Shown piece by piece: positions 26,701 to 37,300 of a stretch of 38,204 nt of DNA (positions within the stretch are counted from its first letter, which is position 1; each line of letters starts with the position of its first letter). The stretch lies in the NCBI GenBank assembly GCA_003990765.1, contig RBNJ01000166.1, forward strand, positions 1 to 38,204. Direction: 5' to 3'. A model generated the notes under the pieces. It saw nothing but the letters and a program-made list of their open reading frames with translations, searched no databases and was not told the origin of the DNA. The DNA is from Jimgerdemannia flammicorona (lineage: Eukaryota). Made by a program: the position numbers and the translations under genes.

Positions 26701-27215
26701 TTGATAAGAATATCGAAAGCTAAGAAGAAGAGAGTTGTAAGCACACAACCTCTAAGTTATCAAAATCACATATCACTCTCAGAACTAATTTAGAAACCAT
26801 ATGCAAGACTACAAAATAAGTTACTGAAGAGATCACCTGATTACACAAAATATACCAGTAAGTACAAAAACCTACTACTAAGATATAAAAATACCAGAAG
26901 AAGTACTATAACCATAAGACTAATCCTAAACCTCTATAACTAGTTTTGGTATACTATACTATTACAAAAGGAAACTGAAGTACCAAACTCAAACTGAGAT
27001 ATATCTCATCCATCAAAGGTTCATAAACTATACTTATTAACTCAAGATCAAGATATACTACAACTATATAAGACCTTATTACTTAGCAGAAGCAAAACAC
27101 ATTTGAACAACTCTATTTACTCTATCTGTATCACCTCTATTGGAGAATAATGGATACTTTATCTGAACTCAAGAAAGCCAATATTATTGAAACTAATCTC
27201 AAGCTCATCCATATA

Positions 27216-28272
27216 TATAAGCACACAACCTCCAAGCCACTAAAATCACATGGTATCCTCAGAACTAATTTAGAAACCACATGCAAGACTACAAAACAAG
27301 TTACTGAAGAGATCATCTGGTTACACGAAATATACCAGCAAGTACAAGAACTCACTACCAAGATACAAGAATACTAGAAGAAGTACTACAACTATAAGAC
27401 AGACTCTGAACTGCTATAACTAGTTTGGTGTACTGTACTATTACAAAAGAAAACCAAAAGTACCAAACTCAAATTGAGACAAGAAGAACTCTATCTCATT
27501 TACCAAAAGATTTATGAACTGCACTTATCAACTCAAGACCAAGATACACTGCAACTATATAAGACCTCATTACTTAGCAGAAGCAAAATGCATTTGAACA
27601 ACTCTATTTGCTCTATCTATATTACCTTCATTGAAGAGTGACAGATGTTTCATCTGAACTCAAGAAAGCTGACATTATTGAAACCAGTCTCAAGCCATCC
27701 ATGTGACAGATATTACTACTAGAAATTGCCTTGGATTACAGAAAATATCATTTCTGAGAGGTTTGAATCCCCAGCTGCAATATTGGGAGCCCTTGCCCTA
27801 GACGAGAATGGCCAGTTCTCACAAATGTGCCAGCAGACCAAAAAAAAAGAGAACCAAGATCTGTTATCCTTGTACAACCACTGCCACCAAGGATAGCCTT
27901 AATCTTGCAAGAGATAGAAGTGATGACACCTTGAAACTGATGATGTCAGAAGTCAGAAAACTGCTCAGACTTTGCCAGTGATGATATCATTGATGGTGAT
28001 GTCATTGAAGACTACCCAGACAGTGTCTAAACCTATAAATAGCTTAGCAGTCATAGTATAGTTAGATTAGCCTTGTACAATATAACTGTGAACTAACTCA
28101 GCAGTCAGACAATCTCTTAACATATCAGATCACACTTGTACTATATGACTGCATTCCAACTCAGTAAGGTACTTAGTGCTATATCCATATTTAGCATAGT
28201 CCAGATAGCCCCTCACTAGTATAAATACCCCCTCCCCCAGACCTCAGAATCTCAGACAAACAGACTTGAACA
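27216..28272 (+). repeat. Family-A LTR nested in the 3' LTR of copy 2, truncated by the LINE
   Basis: The LTR start (TATAAGCACACAACCTCCAAGCC) restarts at 27216, about 480 bp into the previous LTR, and follows the LTR consensus to CTTGAACA at 28272. Confidence 0.85.
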
Positions 28273-28330
28273 TCTTTCTCCACTACAATTCACGTTATAC
28301 ATACTTTACAACACACTTTCAAGTCATTTA

Positions 28331-30385
28331 TTGGAGAAAGTTATTAAGGAAATATCGACCAGCAAGCAAGCTGATGCGCATACTAGGTCAGGCAGACCTG
28401 GGGCCTTCAACTGGCAGTATGTTGGGAGAGGGTATGGACTGGGGATAGGGTCTTTTGGTGGCTCAGGTGGGCAGGACAGCTTGGGGAGTGGAAGTGGCAC
28501 TGGTGGGGGGGCTGAAAGACAGTAGAGAAGGAGCTTTGCAGACACGCTGAGGGCTGGGGGTTGGCCAGCAGGATCCCGTGGTGGTCAGGCAGGAGGGAAG
28601 GGGAAGCAGAAGAATGGGGCTGATGTGGGAGCTGGGCCTTCACCAGGGAGAGGTGGTGGAAGTGGAGCTGCCACTGGGGGTAGTGGTGGGACTGCTGATG
28701 GTGGTGTGATGGCGAATCAGGAGAAAAAAAGAGATGTGATGGCTGATGGCCAGGGGGGGCAGGGGTTCCCAATATGGAAGGGGGACCTGGCTGATAGTGT
28801 AATAGGGCTGGCAGTGGCCCCATTGCTCAAGAAGTCAATTTCGGAGTTTGTGGTCACCTTGTGCTTCCAGGGCTTGGCAGTGATGGTGAGGATGGTTCTG
28901 GGGCTGATTTTGAAGCAGGTGGAGGGGGCAGCCTTGGTGAAGTTCTTGAAGGGCTTGGAGGGGGTTGAGGTGGGTTTTGAGGAAGCAGGCCCACTAGATG
29001 AGGCCCTGAAGACTGAAGTTGTGGTTGGAGAGGTGGTGGTATCCATGGTGTGGTGCTTGAGGTGGGACCCCAGGGTGGTGCAGCTCCTAGTGAGGGGGGT
29101 GCCCATGGTGACTAAGGAGGAGACTAGGAAGAGGGTGGAGGAGGTGATGGTAGAGTGCGGTGATGTGGTGGACATAGGCTTTCAGGTGTGGGAGGGGACC
29201 ATAATCAGGATGGGCAATATCAATGTCAGGATTTGGCTGGCAGGCAAGGAGGCCACAGGGAAGGCGAGTGACTAGCCTTCGGTGCTGATGTAGGGAGCTG
29301 TCGTCTGCAAGATGTCCAGGGTGAAAGGGAGTGAAGAGGAGGAGGAGGACTTGTTGGAGGCACTGGAGGAGTTGGGTGGTGCTGTGGAGAGGAGAGTGAA
29401 GGCCTGGAAACTGTTTGAGAAGTTGATGCATCTGAAGGTTGTGGGTGGGAGGCATATCCGTATGGATAAGAAGCAGTGGGAGCGGGCCCAGAGATGCAAG
29501 AGGCAGAGGGAGCTATTGGCTAGTATGACAGATAGGGGGAAGAAGACGTTGGGTGAAGTTGTGGAGTCTGGAGGTATTAAGGCCAGTGTCTGGGCTGGTA
29601 AAGGAGGAGAGGAGGTGGAGGCGAAGGAGACAGGGGCTGGGAAGAGGATAGACAGGGACCCATTTGCTGATGGTACCTTCGAAGTATGGGAGCCAGAGCT
29701 AGATACAACCCCCCCCCCACTTATCAGAAGGGGCCCAGTGGGGAAGAGAGGGATGACGGAGGATACAAGGATGCAGGGGGCCCAGCAGGTGCGCTTTGGG
29801 GTCCCTGATGTGGCACAAGGGGGTCAGGTGGTGGTGATTGGCAAGGATGAGCTGGTGGATGTCCCTGAGGAGGAGTGGGGTGAGGCTGCTAGTATAGGGG
29901 CTGACACCACAATGTTGGATGCAGGGCAACTGGGGACTCTGGGAGGGAAGGAGGTAGGGAACTTGTTGTGGATGTGCAAGGTGATGGACAATCTCACAGC
30001 AGAGGTGTTGGGGGAGGTTGACCTGCAGGCGATGCCTGAGGAGCATTGGGCAAAAATTCTGCATGGTGATGGAATGGTGGAGGCACTGAAGGTGGAGATT
30101 CTGGCGATTTTGCTGGAGGAGGAGGGATATGAGGTTGATGAGGTGAGGAAGGCAGAGCTGGCGGTGGTCGCTGGTGAGCAGGCAGACTACTGTTGGACAG
30201 AGTGTCATGGTCTGTGGCTCTGGCAGGAGGCCTGTCTGGAGTATCGCGAGGACTTTGAGGAGCGTGAAGATGGGGTGATGGTAGAACTTCTGGGTGAGTT
30301 GGAGGCATAGGAAGCTGGAGAAAGGGAACTGGCTGCTGAACATGACTTGGACTTGGTACAGGAGGAGCAGGATGCAGACTTGTAG
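28331..30385 (+). pseudogene. LINE ORF1 (Gly-rich N-terminus, RRM-like core, acidic C-terminus)
   Basis: ORF pieces at 28331, 28625 and 29312 share one frame ending at TAG 30383-30385. LLVRGVP...EEVMVECGDVVDI resembles the ORF1 RRM-like domain. Confidence 0.7.
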
Positions 30386-30959
30386 AGGACAGAACCCCCA
30401 TATATATTATTATTCTTTATGAACAGTACAATCAATATTTTCTCCTTGAATGTGAATGGGCTAAGGGGCTCTGAGTGGTGTAGGAACATTTTTACTTAGC
30501 TCAAGGGATTGGAGGCTGATCTCTTTTTATTGTAGGATGTTCGGTGTGAGGATGAGGACGATCGGGTAGAGTGGACTAGAGAATGGGGGTGTAAGCGCAC
30601 AACCTCCAAGCCACTGAAATTACATGTCACCCTCTGAACAAGCCACCGAAATTACATGTGACCTCTAAACAAATCTGGAAATCACCTGCTTGATCACGAA
30701 GCTGAGTCAAACCGAAGTCACAGCGCACAAAAGCTGAGTCAATATGAAGTCATGGAACATAAGATTTATACAAACAGAATCTTACCAATCAGGACCAAAT
30801 GCATATATACCGAGCACTGAGATGCATCGAATCAGAGAACCAAAACAAATAACAACTACAACTTCCAAATACACAAATATGACCACTGAGATCTACAACT
30901 ATATCCGCGCTGACATTTGGAATGCCATTGTCAACTGAGCCACACCCCCTCTGCCCCTC

Positions 30960-33900
30960 ATGAATATCCATAGCCTAACACCCCTTTACTTCATGGAAGC
31001 CCGATGGAATGCCCTGAACATGCTTAGTGAGGCCCACCGAATCAGACAAATCTCAAGCTACTACCAGATTGGCCACCTCCTGGAAGACATGGTCGAACAC
31101 CACCATGATACAGATATTACCCAGATGTCTCAACACCAGAAGCTCATCGCCCACAAACATCGAGAACTCTTCTATGAGTATAATACCTTTATTCCCTGCC
31201 TCCGAGTTACTACCAGCGAAATGGTTGCTACCCTGTCCTATGGCCAAATCGATGACATGATACAAGAACTCAACCACAAGTACCTCGAATACATCCAGAC
31301 CACAGACAGAACCTTCCTGCACCCTGATGACTATATCCTGCAAATGCCTCAAGTCAGATATACTATGAAGGATGTCTATGATATAATCCACTTCGACGAA
31401 GATAAAGCAGAAGACAATGATCCCTCTGACGCCAACATGACCTCTAGCCAAGGATCTCTGCCAACCCTGATCACACCACCAAACTTGCTGATGAACTTGC
31501 AACAGTTCATAACTGCATATGAGACTTATTGGGACAATGACCACTGGCATGAATACCAACCCATATTCACCCCCGACTACTTCAACTACAATGAGGAGAC
31601 CAGAGAACACAACCTGTACCTCCAGACAACCCTCGAGATTGAACCAACCACTCCACCACCTGAGTACGAGCGATATGAACCACAGCTATAAGAGGGTTAC
31701 TTTTTAGAGTGACCGTTACATAGTTCTGGAAGAGTTTTCTAGAAGTTCTGGATATTCTGGAAGACCGTTTTCTTATGGTCAAGATCAATTTCGTATGGAG
31801 TACATCCTCTATGCTTATTGATTTCAAGATCGGGTTAATGTCTCAACCGAAGTCCTTTTCTGGACTAGTTCTGGATGTTCAGAATTTTCCATATTTCAGG
31901 AAGTTCAAGAAACTAAGACCAGCTTAGTTGAATTGGCGTATCGCTGCAGACAATACCCAATTAGGAAATTTCGTGACGGGGTTAGGAGTGGGACCTAACA
32001 GGGAGCGGATTTACTTAAGAGTGGTTTATGGGTTATGGAATAGGTTTATTTGCTATTCATGATATTGCTATACTAGGAGTATTTGTAAGAAGGGGTATTA
32101 TGGGGAAGTGCTCAGGAGTTGTGTTCGGATTGTTCAAGTCTGTTCAAGTCTGAGATTCTGAGGTTTGGGGGAGGGGGTATTTATACTAGTGAGGAGCTAT
32201 CTGGACTATGCTGAATATGGATGTAGCACTAAGTGCCTTGCTGAGTCGGAATGCAGTCACGTAGTACAAGTGTGATCTGACATATTAAGAGATCGTCTGA
32301 CTGCTGAGTCAGTTCACAGTTATGTTGTACAAGGCTAATCTAAGTATACTATGACTGCTAGGCTATTTATGGGTTTAGGCACTATCTGGGTAGTCTTCGA
32401 TGACATCACTATCGATTGCATCATCTCTGATGAAGTAGTCGTCTAGGAAGAGTGGTTCGTGGATTACTTCTCCTTGTTGGCTGAGGTAGTAATACATTGG
32501 GACTTCATCTCTATCCCACAGGATAGCATCGTCTGTTTCGTATGCTAGATAAGGTGTTGGTGGGCGAAGGATGGGTGTATTGTCTTTGCTTTCATCGGAT
32601 TCGCTGTCTGTGTACCTTCTATAGGTTACAGCACTATGAGTTGCAGGATTGTAGTAAGCTGGTGGCTGTGGTTCATGTCACTCATACTCAGGTGGTGGAG
32701 TGGTTGGTTCAATCTTGAGGGTTGTCTGAAGGTACAGGTTGTGTTCTCCGGTCTCTTCATTGTAATTGAAGTAATCGGAGGTGAATGCGGGTTGGTATTC
32801 GTGCTAGTGGTCATTGTCCCAATAAGTCTCGTATGCTGTTATGAACTGTTGTAAGTTCATTGGCAAGGTTGGCGGAGTGATCAGGGTTGGCAGAGATCCT
32901 TGGCTAGAGGTCATGTTGGCGTCAGAGGGATCATTGTCTTCTGCTTCATCTTCATCGAAGTGGATTATATCGTAGACATCCTTCATGGCATATCCGACTT
33001 GAGGCATTTGCAGGATGTGGTCATCAGGGTGCGGGAAGGTTCTGTCTGTGGTTTCGACATACTCGAGGTACTTGTGGTTGAGTTCTTATATCATGTCATC
33101 GATTTGGCCATAGGACAGGGTAGCAACCATTTCGCTGGTAGTGACTCGGAGGTGAGAAATAAAGGTATTGTACTCATAGAAGAGTTCTCAATATTTGCGG
33201 GTGATGAGCTTCTGGTGTTGAGACATCTGGGTAATATCTGTATCATGGTGGTATTCGACCATGTCTTCTAGGAGGCAGCCAATCTGGTAGTAGCTTGAGA
33301 TTTGTCCGATTTGGTGGGCCTCGCTAAGTATGTTTAGGGCGTTCCATCGGGCTTCCACGAAGTAGAGGGGTGCCAGGCTATAGATATTCATGAGGGGCAG
33401 AGGGAGTGTGGCTCAGTTGACAATGACATTCCAAATGTCAGCGCAGATACAGTTGTAGATCTCAGTGGTCATATTTGTGTGTTTGGAAGTTATGGTTGTT
33501 GTTTGTTTTGGTTTTCTGATTCGACGTGTCTTGGTGCTCAGTATATATGCATTTGGTCCTGATTGGTAAGATTCCGTTTGTGTAGATCTTCTTCATATTG
33601 ACTCAGCTTTGTGTGCTGTGACTTCGGTTTGACTCAGCTTTGTGATCAAGCAGATGATTTCCAGATTTGTTCAGAGGTCGTGTGTAATTTCAGTGGCATG
33701 TTCAGAGGGTGACATGTAATTTCGGTGGCTTGGAGGATGTGCGCTTACAACAGCTGCCAGCTTACTACAATTCTGCAACTCATAGTGCTGTAACCTATAG
33801 AAGGTACGCAGATAGTGAATCTGACAAAAGCGAAGACAATACATCCATCCTTTGCCCACCAACACCTTATCTAGCCTATGAGACAGACGATGCTATCCTG

Positions 33901-34044
33901 TGGGATAGAGATGAAGTCCCAATATATTACTACCTCAGCGAACAAGGAGAAGTAATCCGCAAACCACTCTTCCTAGATGACTACTTTATCAGAGATGATG
34001 TCATGGATGGTGATATTATTGAAGACTACCCAAACAGCGCCTAA
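30960..34044 (+). CDS. LTR-encoded hypothetical protein, 338 aa when 30960-31686 is joined to 33755-34044
   Basis: Removing the nested LTR and one TSD gives 1017 nt of open frame (...ERYEPQ|LPAYYNS...IEDYPNSA*). Disrupted at this locus by the insertion. An upstream ATG at 30879 is separated by a TGA at 30936. Confidence 0.7.
31687..33749 (-). mobile_element. Inverted solo LTR, family B (2063 bp), nested in its sibling
   Basis: Reverse complement of the host LTR. TSD ACAGC at 31682-31686 and 33750-33754. Carries a broken copy of the same ORF (~32376-33391). Confidence 0.92.
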
Positions 34045-34231
34045 ACCCATAAATAGCCTACAGTCATAGTATAGTTAGATTAGCTTTGTATGATGTGACT
34101 GTGAACTGACTCAGCAGTCAGACGATCTCTTGACATGTCAGATCACACTTGTACTACATGACTGCATTCTGACTCAGCAAGGCACTTAGTGCTACATCCA
34201 TATTTAGCATAGTCCAGATAGCTCCTCACTA

Positions 34232-34360
34232 GTATAAATACCCCCCCCCCAGACCTCAGAATCTCAGACTTGAACACACAAGAACATTCCTGAATACTTC
34301 CCCACAATATCCTTTCATACAAATACTCCTAGTATAGCAATATCATGAATAGCAAATAAA
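34232..34360 (+). promoter_or_regulatory. LTR TATA box (GTATAAATA) and AATAAA signal, conserved in the A/B LTRs
   Basis: CTAGTATAAATA(C/T)CCCC recurs at ~22884, 28216 and 34229, and on the - strand at ~6420, 11295 and 32177. AATAAA at ~34355. Confidence 0.6.
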
Positions 34361-37300
34361 TCTATTTCATAACTCACAAACTACTCTTAAGTAAATCCAC
34401 TCCCTATTAGGTCCCACTCCTAACCCTGTCACGAAATTTCCTAATTGGGTATTGTCTGCAGTGATATGCCAATTCAACTAAGCTGGTCTTAGTTTCTTGA
34501 ACTTCCTGAAATACGGAAAACCCTGAACATCCAGAACTAGTCCGGAAAAGGACTTTGGTTGAGACATCAATCCAATCTTGAAATCAATAAGCATAGAGGA
34601 TGTACTCCATATGATATTGATCTTGACCATAAGAAAACAGTCTTCCAGAACATCCAGAATATCCAGAAAACCTTTCCAGAACTATGTAACAGTTACCTTA
34701 AAAAGCAACCCTCTTACAGGGGGGGGGCTGCTGCTTGGTTTGGAAAGGTAGTGATTCTGGTGAGAAAGGGTAGAGGAGACTTGGGGGGAATCGGGAGTTG
34801 GGGCGATCGCTTGGTCTGGGGAGATTGGTATTGGCCAGGGTGGGAATCGGTGAAGGTGGGCTCTTACTACTGCCCTGCAGTTAGGGGTGAGAGAACTGCA
34901 TGGATTAGGGGGCTGCTGGAAGAGGGTATTCTCTTGGAGGAAGGGATCGATGTTCTCAGTGGGGACTTTAATATGGTTTGGGATCAGCATCTGGACAGAA
35001 CTGATGGAGGGAGGAGTGCTGGGGGTAGAAGTGGAGGTCTGGATACATGGGAGGAGGTGGAGACATTGAGCTCCTTGGGGGATATAGGCAGAACAAGGTG
35101 GGGTGACACCAGGGTCTACACACATTGGGTGAATGGCTTGGGCACAAGGATTGACTGGATTCTGACAGCAGAGTGTTGGAGTTCAGATGTTCGGAAGGTA
35201 TTGGAAGTGGAGTGGTGCCCATGGTCTGATCACTGGAGACTGTTGGGGCAGGAGCAGTTTGGGGGGAGTGGAGATGGACCTGGACATTGGTGCCTTAACT
35301 CCTCCCTGCTGGCTGAGAAGGGGTTGTGGAAACTGTGGGAGGAGGACATTCAGGCAAAAGTTTTTATCTGGAAGTGTGAGGGTTTGCCTGTGGCTGTCTG
35401 CTAGATGAAGTTGAAAGAGGCTGCAAGAGTTTATTGGGGAGGGGCTGGTAGAGAGGCTGGGAGGCAGAGAAGGAGGTGCACGAGGTATGCTTCCTACAGG
35501 CTGAGGAGACTACAAATAGATTGGGCAGATTTGCTCACTATTGTAGGGGTGGAGGATTGGAGGATAGAGAGGGTGAAATTGGAGATAGTGGAACTTCAAC
35601 AGGTGTTGAGGGAGGAGGAGGAGACTCATATGTGGGGCATGGCTGCTAGGCTGTGGTGGCAGGGACTTGAGGAGGGTGAGCGGCCTACTAGGTACTTATC
35701 ACGACTTCTCAAAGCTAGGAGAGTGCATCATCAGTGGGATGGGGTCCTGGATACTGATGGGGACATGGTATGCAGTATGCAACAAATCTTGGGGGTCTTG
35801 AAGGAGAGATGGCAGGGATTGTGGAGTGAGGGAGAAGGGGGTGCGGATGAGACAGAGATTGCAAATACACTAGACAAGTGGGGGCCGCCGCAGGTTGCTG
35901 GACTGGGTGACTTGATTTTACCAGTGCAGGGAGAGGAGATCCAGAGTGTCCTGGCTGCAACTAAACTTGGAATGACGCCAGGGGAGGATGGATTACTATG
36001 GGACTTCTGGAAGAAGATGGTTAATGTCCCCGGAGTTTTGGGAGAGATGGCTGCTCTTTGTGACCATGTCCTTCAGAGCAGCGAATGGGTTGGAGAGCAG
36101 CGAGTGGGTTGGAGAGCAGAATCTGGGGCTGGTGGCTTTACTGTACAAAGACAAGGGAAGGAGGGAAGACTAGAAGAACTGGAGGCTGATAATGCTTCTG
36201 GATATGGACAGGAAGATGGTGACTAAGGTGATTGTCACAAGGCTGCAGAAAGTTGCACAACAGGTGCTGGGGGAAGAGCAGCAGGGCTTTGTTGGGGACA
36301 GGCTAATAAGAGATGGGACTGCATGGGTTTATGGGGTCATTGAAGGGGCCCGGGCCTGTAGACTGGATGGAAGGTTGGTCTTTTTGGACCAGGAGAAGGC
36401 CTATGACCGTGTTCGGTGGGTGTGGCTGGGCAAGGTATTAGACCGAATTGGTGTCCCCCCAACATTTAGGGCCTCTATGCTGAGTCTGCTGGAGAGTAGT
36501 TGGGCAGCTCTGACATATAATGGTCACTGTGGGAGAGCATTTCCCTTGGGAAGAGGGGTTCCTCAGGGGGACCCTCTATCCCCGATTCTCTATGCCCTTT
36601 TGCTGGAGCTGTTGATGAATAGGATTTGCCAGAAGGTGGCAGGGCTCTCTATATATGATATAGTGTGGAAGGTGGGGGCCTTTGCTGATGATATGGTGAT
36701 TGGACTTGGGTCTGTGGCAGATGTGGAGGCACTTCAGGAGACTGTGAAATGGTATGAGGCTCACTCAGGGGCAAAACTCAACTGGCATAAGTGTGAGATG
36801 ATAGTGCTAGGGAATGGGCTAGTGGGTGGGGACATCATTGGAACAATTGTCCCTACTGGTGAGGTGGTGCGGTATCTGGACATCTTCCTATCTGTATATA
36901 GTTCTGTCTTGCCAAGAGTGTGGTGGGAGAACAGGGTGAATAGTTGGGGAGAGGCCCTTCAAGGTTGGGGAGGCTGCCATATCTCTCTAGCAGGGTGGGT
37001 GTCAATCCTGAATATATATTGGTTCCCAAAGCTGTGGTATATGGCATATTACCTCAACTTCTCAGCGTGGATGGTGAAGAAGCTGATGAAGGTGGCTAGG
37101 GATTGGATTTGGGCAGGAAGGAGATCCCAGGTCAGTTGGGATACTCTTGCAAGGCCGGTTGTCAGGAGAGGTCTTGGCCTGGTGGATTTTCCCAAGAGGC
37201 TGCACTGCTTGCAAGCCTGGTGGTTGAAGAGAGCTGTGAAATTGCAGGGCAGAGGTTGGGTGCCTCTGCTGCAGAAGGTATGGGAGATGCGAACATCCCC

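Larger units (their letters stand above)
21939..27215 (+). mobile_element. Family A non-autonomous LTR element, copy 2 (3' LTR interrupted at 27216)
   Basis: 5' LTR 21939-23374, PBS 23378-23389, interior 23375-26735, PPT AAGAAGAAGAGAG at 26722-26734, 3' LTR from TGTAAG at 26736. Confidence 0.9.
30590..34718 (+). mobile_element. Solo LTR, family B (2061 bp after removing the nested copy and its TSD), inserted in the LINE endonuclease
   Basis: TGTAAG...CTTACA termini. GGGGG TSD at 30585-30589 and 34719-34723. The LINE frame reads EWG|GAAAWFG across the insertion. Confidence 0.9.

Noticed and set aside
28407..30489. Long Pro/His/Ser-rich minus-strand ORFs (also 34682-37706)
   Set aside because: Antisense shadows of the G-rich LINE strand.
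31053..31610. Hydrophobic 185-aa antisense ORF as an env-like membrane protein
   Set aside because: It is the antisense of the LTR ORF, and its Val/Ile richness follows from sense codon bias.
30590..34718. DNA transposon or DIRS element with long inverted repeats
   Set aside because: Fully explained by two TG...CA solo LTRs, each with its own 5-bp TSD; no transposase or tyrosine recombinase.
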